From the IMG/VR virus record IMGVR_UViG_3300032286_000926, positions 1 to 64,000 of that record: a stretch of DNA of 64,000 bases, one strand, 5' to 3'. A program made the translations under genes and the position numbers. Below the pieces are notes generated by a model. It did no database searches. It worked only from the letters and a program-made list of their open reading frames with translations, and was not told where the DNA came from. Origin of the DNA: a virus. Below, one piece after another: positions 8,482 through 16,740 of this stretch; within the stretch, counting starts at the first letter, position 1; each line of letters opens with the position of its first letter.

Positions 8482-9153
8482 ATGAATAAAATTTTATACA
8501 AAGAATTTGATGAGGCAACAAAAGTAAATGCCGAAGCAAATCCGGTATTAATTCAAGTTGACAAACTACAATATGTCTCAATCGAAAACATACTAAAAGA
8601 ACCACATAAATTATTAAAGTATTTGGATAAGTTTCCAGCTTTAGATAAAGATGATTTTCTAAACAACGGTAAAGTAATTAGTTATTCACCTGGTTTACAA
8701 CAACTGGTGCCATCAAATTACCTACAAGAACTCACTCAATATTTTAATAATTTGCTTTACCCCATGATTGGTGGTGAATTTAGAATCGAGTGGTATACAA
8801 ACATATTTTATCCGGACATGCAAACATCGGAAATATCTCGGTATCCGCATGTTGATACATTTGATATGGCTATTAATATCTGGTTAACTGAAAATCACAA
8901 AAATGATGGAACTGCCTTTTACAAACAAGGTGATGATTTTTTTGGTAAACCAATCAAGTATGATTTTAAAGAAGATACAAAATCGGTGTGGAAACCATTT
9001 GATGGAAACTCCGATTATGAAAAGTATTTTGTTGTACCATCTAAGTATAATAGTGCTGTCGTTTATAGTGGTAAATTCTACCATTCGGCCTATTATGTAC
9101 CTCAACCAAACAAAGAGAGGAAGTCGCTAGTTGGTGGCTTATTTTTAAAATGA
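8482..9153 (+). CDS. 2OG-Fe(II) oxygenase-like protein (DUF6445-like)
   Basis: PHVD...GTAFY...YN.AVVYSG..YHS...R jelly-roll signature. Confidence 0.75.
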   Translation: MNKILYKEFDEATKVNAEANPVLIQVDKLQYVSIENILKEPHKLLKYLDKFPALDKDDFLNNGKVISYSPGLQQLVPSNYLQELTQYFNNLLYPMIGGEFRIEWYTNIFYPDMQTSEISRYPHVDTFDMAINIWLTENHKNDGTAFYKQGDDFFGKPIKYDFKEDTKSVWKPFDGNSDYEKYFVVPSKYNSAVVYSGKFYHSAYYVPQPNKERKSLVGGLFLK

Positions 9154-9998
9154 TTATATTTGATTATCAACAAATTGCAATTTCTAACCTCATGGAACAG
9201 ATTGGTTCATCCAATAGTTCCGTAGATGAGAATTTGGTTCGCCATATGATTCTTAATGCTCTTAGGACTTATGTAAAGAAATTCAGAGCATCACATGGTC
9301 CTGAAATCGTTATTGCTTGCGATAACCGAAACTATTGGCGCCGTGATTATTACCCACACTATAAAGCAGGCCGTAAGAAAGCACGAGCTGCCTCTGGACA
9401 TGATTGGTCATCCATTTTCGATTCTCTCAATAAGATTCGTGATGAATTGAAAGAAAGTTCACCATATAAAGTATTGGATATTGATGGTGCTGAAGCTGAT
9501 GATATTATCGGTGTATTGGTGCAGAAGTATGCCGCTACCGAGAAGATTATGATTTTATCTTCTGATAAAGACTTTGCTCAGTTACAGCGTTACCCTAATG
9601 TCGAACAATATTCACCAATTATGAAAAAGTTTATTAAAGAACCATTTCCATTGGTTCAATTAAAACAATTGATTATTCGTGGTGATAAAAGTGATGGCAT
9701 TCCAAACATTCTATCGGCTGATGATGTATTCGTTGAGGGTGTTCGGCAGAAACCAATTACAGAAGCTAAGATTATTAAATGGTTGAATCAAGAACCTAAA
9801 GAATTTTGTAATGATGATATGTTACGGAACTTTTCTCGTAATGAAACTATGATTGATTTAACAAAGATTCCCGAATCATTAAAAAATAACATTATAAATA
9901 CCTATGAATCTGCTAAAGGCAGAACTAAACAAGAGTTTATGAATTACATGATTGCGAATCGATTGAAAAACTTGATTGAAGTAGCACATGAATTTTAA
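9150..9998 (+). CDS. rnh: T4-type RNase H / 5'-3' exonuclease
   Basis: YWRR..YP.YKA.R, EADD, SSDKDF.QL, GDKSDGIPN. Confidence 0.95.
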   Translation: MIIFDYQQIAISNLMEQIGSSNSSVDENLVRHMILNALRTYVKKFRASHGPEIVIACDNRNYWRRDYYPHYKAGRKKARAASGHDWSSIFDSLNKIRDELKESSPYKVLDIDGAEADDIIGVLVQKYAATEKIMILSSDKDFAQLQRYPNVEQYSPIMKKFIKEPFPLVQLKQLIIRGDKSDGIPNILSADDVFVEGVRQKPITEAKIIKWLNQEPKEFCNDDMLRNFSRNETMIDLTKIPESLKNNIINTYESAKGRTKQEFMNYMIANRLKNLIEVAHEF

Positions 9999-10010
9999 TT
10001 GAAAGATACT

Positions 10011-10436
10011 ATGAGTTCCGAAAAACTATATTCTGAAATATTTGAAGAGTTTGATACATGTACTACAAAGGCAGAAAGAATTAATTGCTTGCGTAAATAT
10101 GACCATCCAAGGTTTAGAACCTTTCTTCAAGCTGCATTTAGTCCTTATATCACATTTGATGTACCAATTCCAAATTACCGACCAGCTGTCGAACCGGCAG
10201 GAATGAATTATGCATATCTTGACCAAGAAGTTGCTAAGTTATACCGATTTGCAAAAGGACATCCTGCACGACCAGAAGGTTTGACACCAGAAAAACAAAA
10301 GGCATTATTAACTGTTATTTTGGAATCATTACATAAAGATGAAGCCGCATTAATGGTTAAGATGTTACAGAAAGATTTACAAGTAAAATTCTTAACTATT
10401 AATTTGATTAATGAAACATTTCCTGGTATACTATGA
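10011..10436 (+). CDS. Conserved phage protein downstream of rnh
   Basis: LESLH.DEA.L motif; usual neighbour of rnh in T4-like phages. Confidence 0.7.
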   Translation: MSSEKLYSEIFEEFDTCTTKAERINCLRKYDHPRFRTFLQAAFSPYITFDVPIPNYRPAVEPAGMNYAYLDQEVAKLYRFAKGHPARPEGLTPEKQKALLTVILESLHKDEAALMVKMLQKDLQVKFLTINLINETFPGIL

Positions 10437-11185
10437 AAGTTGCAGTAATTACACCGACCATCGGTACAAAATATCTCAAAAGAAATCTAGAATCAGTATC
10501 AAAGCAAACATATAAGAATTTGACACATTATATTTTTATTGATGGTAAGGATTGCCAATCTAATGTTCTGGCACAAACATCTAAACACGATAATGTTAAA
10601 TCAATAATTCTGGAAGAAAATGTTGGTAAAGGTTGGTATGGCCATCGTGTCTATGCAGCCTGTTCTTTTCTGGTCAACGCTGATGTAATCTGTTATTTGG
10701 ATGAAGATAACTGGTATGATGAAAATCATGTACAAAATGTTGTGGATAAACTGGAAAAAGGTTATGATTGGGTTTATTCTCTCAGAAAAATTTATGACCA
10801 AGATGCAAATTTTTTACTTGAGGACAATTGTGAATCGCTTGGTAACTGGCCGGTATATTTCAATGATTCGGTATTCCATATTGATACCTCATGCTTTGCA
10901 ATTAGGCGTGATATTGCTGTTGCTATTGGACACTCTTGGTATGGCCAATGGGGTGCAGATAGACAATTTTTTCAAGCGTTGAAAAAACACTTTAATAAAT
11001 TTGCTTGCACCGGTGAATATTCATGTAACTATAGGCTCGATGGTAATGAAAATTCAGTAACCAAGGATTTCTTTGAAAATGGTAATAAGTTCATGGAACA
11101 GAAATATAATGGTTCATTTCCATGGAGAAAAGGTAATCAACAAGAAACAAAAGAAGTGGGGCCCGGTATTCGTATTATTGTATAA
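10433..11185 (+). CDS. Glycosyltransferase family 2
   Basis: VAVITPT, SV.KQTY, YLDEDN (DxD), GADR. Confidence 0.88.
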   Translation: MKVAVITPTIGTKYLKRNLESVSKQTYKNLTHYIFIDGKDCQSNVLAQTSKHDNVKSIILEENVGKGWYGHRVYAACSFLVNADVICYLDEDNWYDENHVQNVVDKLEKGYDWVYSLRKIYDQDANFLLEDNCESLGNWPVYFNDSVFHIDTSCFAIRRDIAVAIGHSWYGQWGADRQFFQALKKHFNKFACTGEYSCNYRLDGNENSVTKDFFENGNKFMEQKYNGSFPWRKGNQQETKEVGPGIRIIV

Positions 11186-11197
11186 ACTAAATAAGAA

Positions 11198-11788
11198 ATG
11201 GCAACTAAAGACATGACCAAAAAATTCGATGAATCCGTAATTGATGCTGAGGATATCATTGGCCTTGGCTTGCTCAAAAACCACACCCATGTTCTAACTG
11301 GAGATATCGATGATGAGAATATTGATAAAGTTATCCGTTGGTTATTATATGAGAACCTCACCGGTCAAGGTACCGGCAAAATATTAACTCTTTACATTAA
11401 TTCAACAGGCGGAAGTTTAACCGATGCCTTAGCTTTGATTGATATAATGAGAAATTCCGAATTTGTTATTCGCACCATTGGTATTGGTAATGTAATGAGT
11501 GCAGCTTTTATGATATTTGCAGCTGGCGATAAAGGACATAGATTTATATCCAAAAACTCCAGCAGTATGTGTCACCAATTTACCGATTCCTCTGCTGATA
11601 ACAAATTTCACGACATTAAAGCCGCCATGAAAGAGTCTGAATCTCTTAATGAACGGATGATTAATGTCTTGTTGGAAACCACTGGTCTACCAAGAAGTAA
11701 AATCAAATCCAAATTACTCGGTCCATCCGACATTTACTTGTCAGCTGAGGAAATGGTTGAATACGGTATTGCGGACCAAATTTTATAA
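11198..11788 (+). CDS. clpP: ClpP-family protease subunit
   Basis: LYINSTGGS, MSAAF (catalytic Ser), MCHQ (His), D.YLSAEE.VEYGIAD. Confidence 0.92.
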   Translation: MATKDMTKKFDESVIDAEDIIGLGLLKNHTHVLTGDIDDENIDKVIRWLLYENLTGQGTGKILTLYINSTGGSLTDALALIDIMRNSEFVIRTIGIGNVMSAAFMIFAAGDKGHRFISKNSSSMCHQFTDSSADNKFHDIKAAMKESESLNERMINVLLETTGLPRSKIKSKLLGPSDIYLSAEEMVEYGIADQIL

Positions 11789-11798
11789 CAGGCAAGGT

Positions 11799-11948
11799 AT
11801 GATTGGCGGCGGTAAGAAAATTGAGAAGGTCCAAAAGACCAAGTTTCGTAAGAACAAAGAAGTAAAAGAAAATCTTAATAATAAAATGAAACACCATGAT
11901 AGGTCGTTTTATAGGTTGATGAAAGAAGAAAAAGATTATGTCATATAA
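11799..11948 (+). CDS. Small basic hypothetical protein
   Basis: AAGG RBS before ATG 11799; Lys-rich. Confidence 0.55.
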   Translation: MIGGGKKIEKVQKTKFRKNKEVKENLNNKMKHHDRSFYRLMKEEKDYVI

Positions 11949-12111
11949 AGAACAATTAAAAAAACAAATTGAATATATTGAACATGAGATTGCCAATTCT
12001 AAAACAAAGAACTTGGAATTGGAAAACCAATTATTAAAATTAAAACTATCCGAGTTTGAAGAGGATATGCGAGAAGAAACCGTACAGGAGACTACCCTAC
12101 TCAAAGGATAG
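11938..12111 (+). CDS. Small coiled-coil protein
   Basis: 57-aa ORF MSYKEQLKKQIEYIE...TTLLKG read directly from the sequence. Confidence 0.6.
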   Translation: MSYKEQLKKQIEYIEHEIANSKTKNLELENQLLKLKLSEFEEDMREETVQETTLLKG

Positions 12112-12114
12112 TAG

Positions 12115-12168
12115 TGTTGTTTCCATACAACACCTTGGCTTGACATTTCGATATACCCGTGGTATAAT
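12115..12168 (+). promoter_or_regulatory. Sigma70 early promoter with upstream TGTTG-N8-CAACA palindrome
   Basis: Palindrome 12115-12132; TTGACA 12140-12145, 17 bp, TATAAT 12163-12168. Confidence 0.88.
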
Positions 12169-12174
12169 GGGTGT

Positions 12175-12558
12175 ATGGAAATCATTAAAGAAACTACAAA
12201 ATGGCAAAGTGAATTTGCCGTGCCAAATCATACTTATTTACTTAATAATAAAGGTAGAGTAATTGCCTATTTAAGTGAAAAATCAAATAAAGTATTTCAA
12301 TTAAAATCAGGTTTTATTTTAAATAAGCGTTATCGTACATTTATTAAAAGTAATAATCCTGCATTATCTAAAATAGCAAAATCATTTAAAGAAGTTGATA
12401 TTATTAAACCTAATGTCCGTATTTTCAATGTAAAATCAAAAGATAAAGATTATCGTGTAGAATATGATAATGGTTTAATAACATGTGGTTGTATTGGTTT
12501 TGGTTATCGTGGTAAATGTAAACATGCTGAAGCAGTATCTAAACAATTAGGAATATAA
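12175..12558 (+). CDS. SWIM zinc-finger protein
   Basis: C-terminal CGC.GF.YRGKCKH. Confidence 0.8.
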   Translation: MEIIKETTKWQSEFAVPNHTYLLNNKGRVIAYLSEKSNKVFQLKSGFILNKRYRTFIKSNNPALSKIAKSFKEVDIIKPNVRIFNVKSKDKDYRVEYDNGLITCGCIGFGYRGKCKHAEAVSKQLGI

Positions 12559-12559
12559 T

Positions 12560-12742
12560 ATGATTAATACAAACTCTTTATATATTGATATTATTGGTGA
12601 ATTAAAAACGATTGATAATAATATTAATATTTTGGCTGACTTAATGGTTAAATTAGAACCAGAATTGGCTGATAAATTATTATTTAATTTAGCTACTGCT
12701 TTTCAAGAAAAACATTATAATACTAAATTAGAAACAGTATGA
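12560..12742 (+). CDS. Hypothetical protein
   Basis: Tiles between neighbours; AGGA RBS. Confidence 0.6.
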   Translation: MINTNSLYIDIIGELKTIDNNINILADLMVKLEPELADKLLFNLATAFQEKHYNTKLETV

Positions 12743-13065
12743 TTATCCACGCACATATTCCCAAAAAGAAAAAGCGTAAATTAACTGCTAAACAAAAGCA
12801 GTTAATAGAATCTTGGGATAATATATTAAAACAATATCCACCCAAAATGGTTAGTAAAAAAACATTCAATTTAAAAGTTACTCCATATAAAAGAGAAACT
12901 CCGCATTATGATTCATTATCTACTAATGATTATACCGCATTTAAAAAGGATAATCAATTCTATACTGGTGATAAAGTAAAAGGTATTGGTACCTTACATA
13001 AATCCAATGCGGTACCCATTTTTACGGATGAGGAAGCGATTGACCAAGCAAACATGCGAAGATAA
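12739..13065 (+). CDS. Conserved phage hypothetical protein
   Basis: YTG...GIGTLHKSNAVPIF...A.D.A.MRR motif. Confidence 0.75.
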   Translation: MIIHAHIPKKKKRKLTAKQKQLIESWDNILKQYPPKMVSKKTFNLKVTPYKRETPHYDSLSTNDYTAFKKDNQFYTGDKVKGIGTLHKSNAVPIFTDEEAIDQANMRR

Positions 13066-13073
13066 ACCTTTTT

Positions 13074-13124
13074 AAATCAATAGGTTACAAGAGGGCTTGA
13101 CATTTGCCGTGGTTCGTGTATAAT
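13074..13124 (+). promoter_or_regulatory. Sigma70 early promoter with upstream AAATCAA-N4-TTAC motif
   Basis: TTGACA 13097-13102, 16 bp, TATAAT 13119-13124. Confidence 0.88.
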
Positions 13125-13153
13125 GGTTACATAAAATGAAAGAAAGAAACTAT

Positions 13154-13528
13154 ATGAATAAATTAATTAATGTATTAAATGAATGTGAATCTATTATCTC
13201 CTCCACCGAGAATATCGAAGAATTAGTTGCTAAAGATTATCTTGATAATCAAGAGTTTTTTATTATTCGACAAAATGCAGAAGAAATACAATCTATTATT
13301 GTTACTTATAATGTAGATAATAATGAATCTTTATTATCCGATGATATTCAAGAAATTGAAGAATTGCGAATTGAAATATATCAAGCCGCCAAATATATTA
13401 GTGAAGATTATCTCGAAAATAAAAACGATGATTATAATAATCTTGACGACCTCGAAAAAGAAGTTGTTAATGAGTTTAAATATATTAAAGATGCTACTGA
13501 TAATATCAGTAATTTATTAATAAAATGA
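13154..13528 (+). CDS. Acidic hypothetical protein
   Basis: ORF downstream of the promoter. Confidence 0.65.
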   Translation: MNKLINVLNECESIISSTENIEELVAKDYLDNQEFFIIRQNAEEIQSIIVTYNVDNNESLLSDDIQEIEELRIEIYQAAKYISEDYLENKNDDYNNLDDLEKEVVNEFKYIKDATDNISNLLIK

Positions 13529-13581
13529 TGTTGTTTTCACACAACACCAGCTGTTGACATTTACCTTAAAACCTGTATAAT
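13529..13581 (+). promoter_or_regulatory. Sigma70 early promoter with upstream TGTTG-N8-CAACA palindrome
   Basis: Palindrome 13529-13546; TTGACA 13554-13559, 16 bp, TATAAT 13576-13581. Confidence 0.88.
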
Positions 13582-13617
13582 GGTTTCTGTTGAGTTGATA
13601 AAGAAAGTGAAAAAATT

Positions 13618-13971
13618 ATGGCGTATATGAATCAAGAAAAAAAAGCGATTATAGCGGCTGCTATGAAACCTGTATTGAAAAAATACAATATGAAAGGCAG
13701 TTTATCTGTCCGTAGCCATTTATCGATTTGTTTAACCGTAAAATCCGGTCCTATCGATTTTGAAGATAAAAAAGGTCATCAGGTTAATGTTTATTGGATT
13801 AAAGACCATTATACTGGTAAAGCCCAAGCGTTTTTATTAGAAGCATTAAATGCTTTGAAGTCAGCTGGTTATTATAATAATACAGACGCTTCAATTGATT
13901 ATTTTGATACTGCTTATTATATGGATATTAATATTGGTAAGTGGAATAAACCTTACATTTTGGAGAAGTGA
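13618..13971 (+). CDS. Conserved phage hypothetical protein
   Basis: MAYMNQEKK...DYF.TAYY..INIGKW.KPY motif. Confidence 0.75.
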   Translation: MAYMNQEKKAIIAAAMKPVLKKYNMKGSLSVRSHLSICLTVKSGPIDFEDKKGHQVNVYWIKDHYTGKAQAFLLEALNALKSAGYYNNTDASIDYFDTAYYMDINIGKWNKPYILEK

Positions 13972-13975
13972 TTAT

Positions 13976-14302
13976 ATGATTTTAGTTATTCGCACACAAT
14001 TTATGGAAAACTATGGCGCCCACGATTGGGACGGTACTGGTGAATGTCCTCAATATTGGAAAATGAAAGGTGGTTCGGAGTATAAAATCACTGGTGTACC
14101 TCTTAATATCGATTATGAGGAAGTGGTATCTGCCGCTGGTGTTGAGTATTCTAATGAAGGTGCTCGTGAGTACATTTTAGATTGGTCGATTGAAGGCGAT
14201 GATTATTTAAGTTGGTTTGAGAAGTCCCAGCTTGATTATGATGGTGTTATTGCTTGTAAAGAGCCAGTTATTGAATATAGTGAATTGGCGGAGAAGGTAT
14301 GA
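13976..14302 (+). CDS. Conserved phage hypothetical protein
   Basis: TQ..ENYGAHDWDG.GECPQYWK.KGG motif; GGAG RBS. Confidence 0.8.
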   Translation: MILVIRTQFMENYGAHDWDGTGECPQYWKMKGGSEYKITGVPLNIDYEEVVSAAGVEYSNEGAREYILDWSIEGDDYLSWFEKSQLDYDGVIACKEPVIEYSELAEKV

Positions 14303-14472
14303 TTACTGAAAAAATCAAATTAGAATTACAAAAGAAACTGATTGATGCTCAGCATTTATTGGCGGATGTATATGATTATGCTTGCGATAATGATTTAAAC
14401 TCGGTAGAATCTCAAATGAGCTGTGCTGATTCTTGTATTATAGAATGTCTTGATTATTTAAATAAGGTTTAA
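14299..14472 (+). CDS. Hypothetical protein
   Basis: 57-aa ORF with ATGA overlap filling the gap. Confidence 0.55.
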   Translation: MITEKIKLELQKKLIDAQHLLADVYDYACDNDLNSVESQMSCADSCIIECLDYLNKV

Positions 14473-14473
14473 T

Positions 14474-14668
14474 ATGAGTGAAGTTTACATTGTAAAATCT
14501 GGTCAGTTAATAGATTTAGTTGGATGGGAATGGGTGAATCTGGCAGTATTCGATAATAACGATGCCGCTGTAGCATTCGCTCGAAATACTGAAAAGCAGA
14601 TAAAACCAGAAGATTTGGACGAAACGGAATCTGTGGAAATCGAGTGTTTTACACTAAAAAGTTGGTAA
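14474..14668 (+). CDS. Hypothetical protein
   Basis: 64-aa ORF with AAGG RBS. Confidence 0.65.
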   Translation: MSEVYIVKSGQLIDLVGWEWVNLAVFDNNDAAVAFARNTEKQIKPEDLDETESVEIECFTLKSW

Positions 14669-14680
14669 AAAAAGTCAATG

Positions 14681-14730
14681 AAATCAACAGCTTACGGAGG
14701 GCTTGACATTTGCCAGGAAACGTGTATAAT
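14681..14730 (+). promoter_or_regulatory. Sigma70 early promoter with upstream AAATCAA-N4-TTAC motif
   Basis: TTGACA 14703-14708, 16 bp, TATAAT 14725-14730. Confidence 0.88.
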
Positions 14731-14766
14731 GGTTTATGTTGAGTTGATAAAGAAAGCAGAAAAATT

Positions 14767-15519
14767 ATGAAATTATTAAGTGTTGGTAATCCAAAGATTT
14801 TAAAAGGTTTAAAACAAGGTTTTAATACTTACATTTTACACCTCGCCCCAGCTGACGTATCTGGTTACCAGACTTGTCCAAAAGCTACTGCTGGTTGTAA
14901 GTCTGCTTGTCTTAATACTGCTGGTCGTGGTGGTATGTTTAAAAAAGGCGAGACTACCAATACTATTCAGCAAGCTCGTATTCGTAAAACAAAAATGTTT
15001 TTTGAAAATCGTATAGAATTTATGGCTCAATTAGTTAAAGATATTGAGCTTGGTATTAAGCAGTCAATTAAAAAAGATTTAGTTCCTGTTTTCCGTTTAA
15101 ATGGTACAAGTGATTTATCTTTTGAAAAATATGAGGTTGTCCGTAACGGTGTTTTATATCGTAACATTTTCGATGCTTTTGCTGATATCCAATTCTATGA
15201 TTATACAAAGGTTTTAGGTCGTAAAGTTAATGGTATTAAAAATTACAGTTTGACATTTTCAGCTGCTGATGGTAATGATAATGATGTATCGAAAGCGATT
15301 AATCAAGGTTATAATATTGCTACTGTATTTGGTATTAAAAAGACAGAACCAATGCCTGAATATTATAATGGTTTACCAGTATTTAATGGTGATGAAAGTG
15401 ATTTAAGATTTTTAGACCCTAAAGGTGTTATTGTTGGTTTGTATGCCAAAGGTAAAGCGAAAAAAGATACCTCTGGTTTTGTGAAATATCCTACTATTAT
15501 GTTGAAAATGGCGGCTTAA
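14767..15519 (+). CDS. Gp88-like, Cys-cluster (radical-SAM-like) phage protein
   Basis: CPKATAGCKSACL, RLNGTSD, QFYDYTK, GDESDLRFLD. Confidence 0.7.
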   Translation: MKLLSVGNPKILKGLKQGFNTYILHLAPADVSGYQTCPKATAGCKSACLNTAGRGGMFKKGETTNTIQQARIRKTKMFFENRIEFMAQLVKDIELGIKQSIKKDLVPVFRLNGTSDLSFEKYEVVRNGVLYRNIFDAFADIQFYDYTKVLGRKVNGIKNYSLTFSAADGNDNDVSKAINQGYNIATVFGIKKTEPMPEYYNGLPVFNGDESDLRFLDPKGVIVGLYAKGKAKKDTSGFVKYPTIMLKMAA

Positions 15520-15520
15520 T

Positions 15521-15751
15521 ATGAAATTTACTAGTTATAGAGATAAAGATTTATTTGATACACGGCACGGTGGTGCTTTCGATAGAGGTTCAGCCGATAG
15601 TTATTATAATCGACCTATTGAACCGCATTATTATGTTGACGGTACAGGTACAAGTGAAAAAATTACCGAATTAACCGAAAAACAAGTTGCCGATTATATG
15701 GCTGGTTATGCCTTTAATGAACAATTTGGTGATAAGAAAAGTTGGGATTAA
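15521..15751 (+). CDS. Conserved phage hypothetical protein
   Basis: RHGGAFDRGSADSYY.R...PHY. Confidence 0.75.
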   Translation: MKFTSYRDKDLFDTRHGGAFDRGSADSYYNRPIEPHYYVDGTGTSEKITELTEKQVADYMAGYAFNEQFGDKKSWD

Positions 15752-15925
15752 AAAATGGTTGTAATGGGGACAAGGGCGTTCCTTCTGGCACCATGAGACC
15801 AGTAAAACAAGGCGGGTTAATTTTTGTTGGTAGTTGCAACCTCAAAACCTAAAACCAACCATGAATGTTTTGCTAGTTTTAAACTGTAATAATAAAAACT
15901 AGCACTAATTTAAAATAGGAATATT

Positions 15926-16141
15926 ATGATTCGCAAAAAACAATATGGTGAAATGCCAGTAATCGATTTGACAGGTCCGCAAGGTAATGCTTTTTATTTG
16001 TTGGGTTACGCAAATAAAAATGCTCGAAAAATTGGTTTAGTCGGTTCGGCAATTGTAGAAGAGATGAAACAAGGCAATTATGAACACCTTGTACAAACCT
16101 TTGATAGATATTTCGGTGATTATGTTATTCTGGAGAGATAA
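15926..16141 (+). CDS. Conserved phage hypothetical protein
   Basis: IDLTGPQGNAF.LLG...YEHLV..FD..FG. Confidence 0.75.
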   Translation: MIRKKQYGEMPVIDLTGPQGNAFYLLGYANKNARKIGLVGSAIVEEMKQGNYEHLVQTFDRYFGDYVILER

Positions 16142-16181
16142 TGATGAAAAGTTAATATTCGGTAAAGTTGTAAAATCAGGC

Positions 16182-16210
16182 TTGACAAATTCGCCTGGTT
16201 ATGTTATAAT
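16182..16210 (+). promoter_or_regulatory. Sigma70-type promoter
   Basis: TTGACA-17-TATAAT. Confidence 0.85.
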
Positions 16211-16243
16211 GTTATATCTAAATTGATAAAAGGAATCTATATT

Positions 16244-16687
16244 ATGTCTAAAGCTATTAAACTTGCTCCGTTTCAAAAATTACTTACCGTTATGATTTCA
16301 GGTAAGCCCGTATCACTTGAAGAGATGGATACATTACTTGGTAAAGAGATTTACATGTACCGTATCTCCACTTACATGTGGCACATTAAAGTTAATGCCA
16401 ATGGTGTTATCAAAGCGATTAAAGATGGTCGCAAAGTAACTGGTTACCAGTTGATGAATGTCAAAGAAGTTAAAGAGTACATGAATCGTGCTGGTATTAC
16501 AAATAGCGGCTTTAAAGCTGGCGCAGTTGAGAAGAAACCATCTATCTCAAAACTGGCAGATTTAAAGGCGACACCAGTTGCTAAAAAGACTGCTGTGAAG
16601 CAGACTGTTGTTGAAACTGTTGGGAAACAGGATGTTGTAAGTGATGAAGTGACCGTTACCGAAATTACTGAGACGGTTACTCAATAA
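16244..16687 (+). CDS. Hypothetical basic protein (possibly DNA-binding)
   Basis: AAAGGA RBS; sits between its own promoter and terminator. Confidence 0.7.
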   Translation: MSKAIKLAPFQKLLTVMISGKPVSLEEMDTLLGKEIYMYRISTYMWHIKVNANGVIKAIKDGRKVTGYQLMNVKEVKEYMNRAGITNSGFKAGAVEKKPSISKLADLKATPVAKKTAVKQTVVETVGKQDVVSDEVTVTEITETVTQ

Positions 16688-16703
16688 AATTAATAATGAT
16701 TTT

Positions 16704-16730
16704 AAGGGGGAGTTTCTCCCCCTTTTTTTA
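16704..16730 (+). terminator. Intrinsic terminator
   Basis: AAGGGGGAG-TTT-CTCCCCCTT followed by a T-run. Confidence 0.8.
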
Positions 16731-16740
16731 TTTCTATAAT

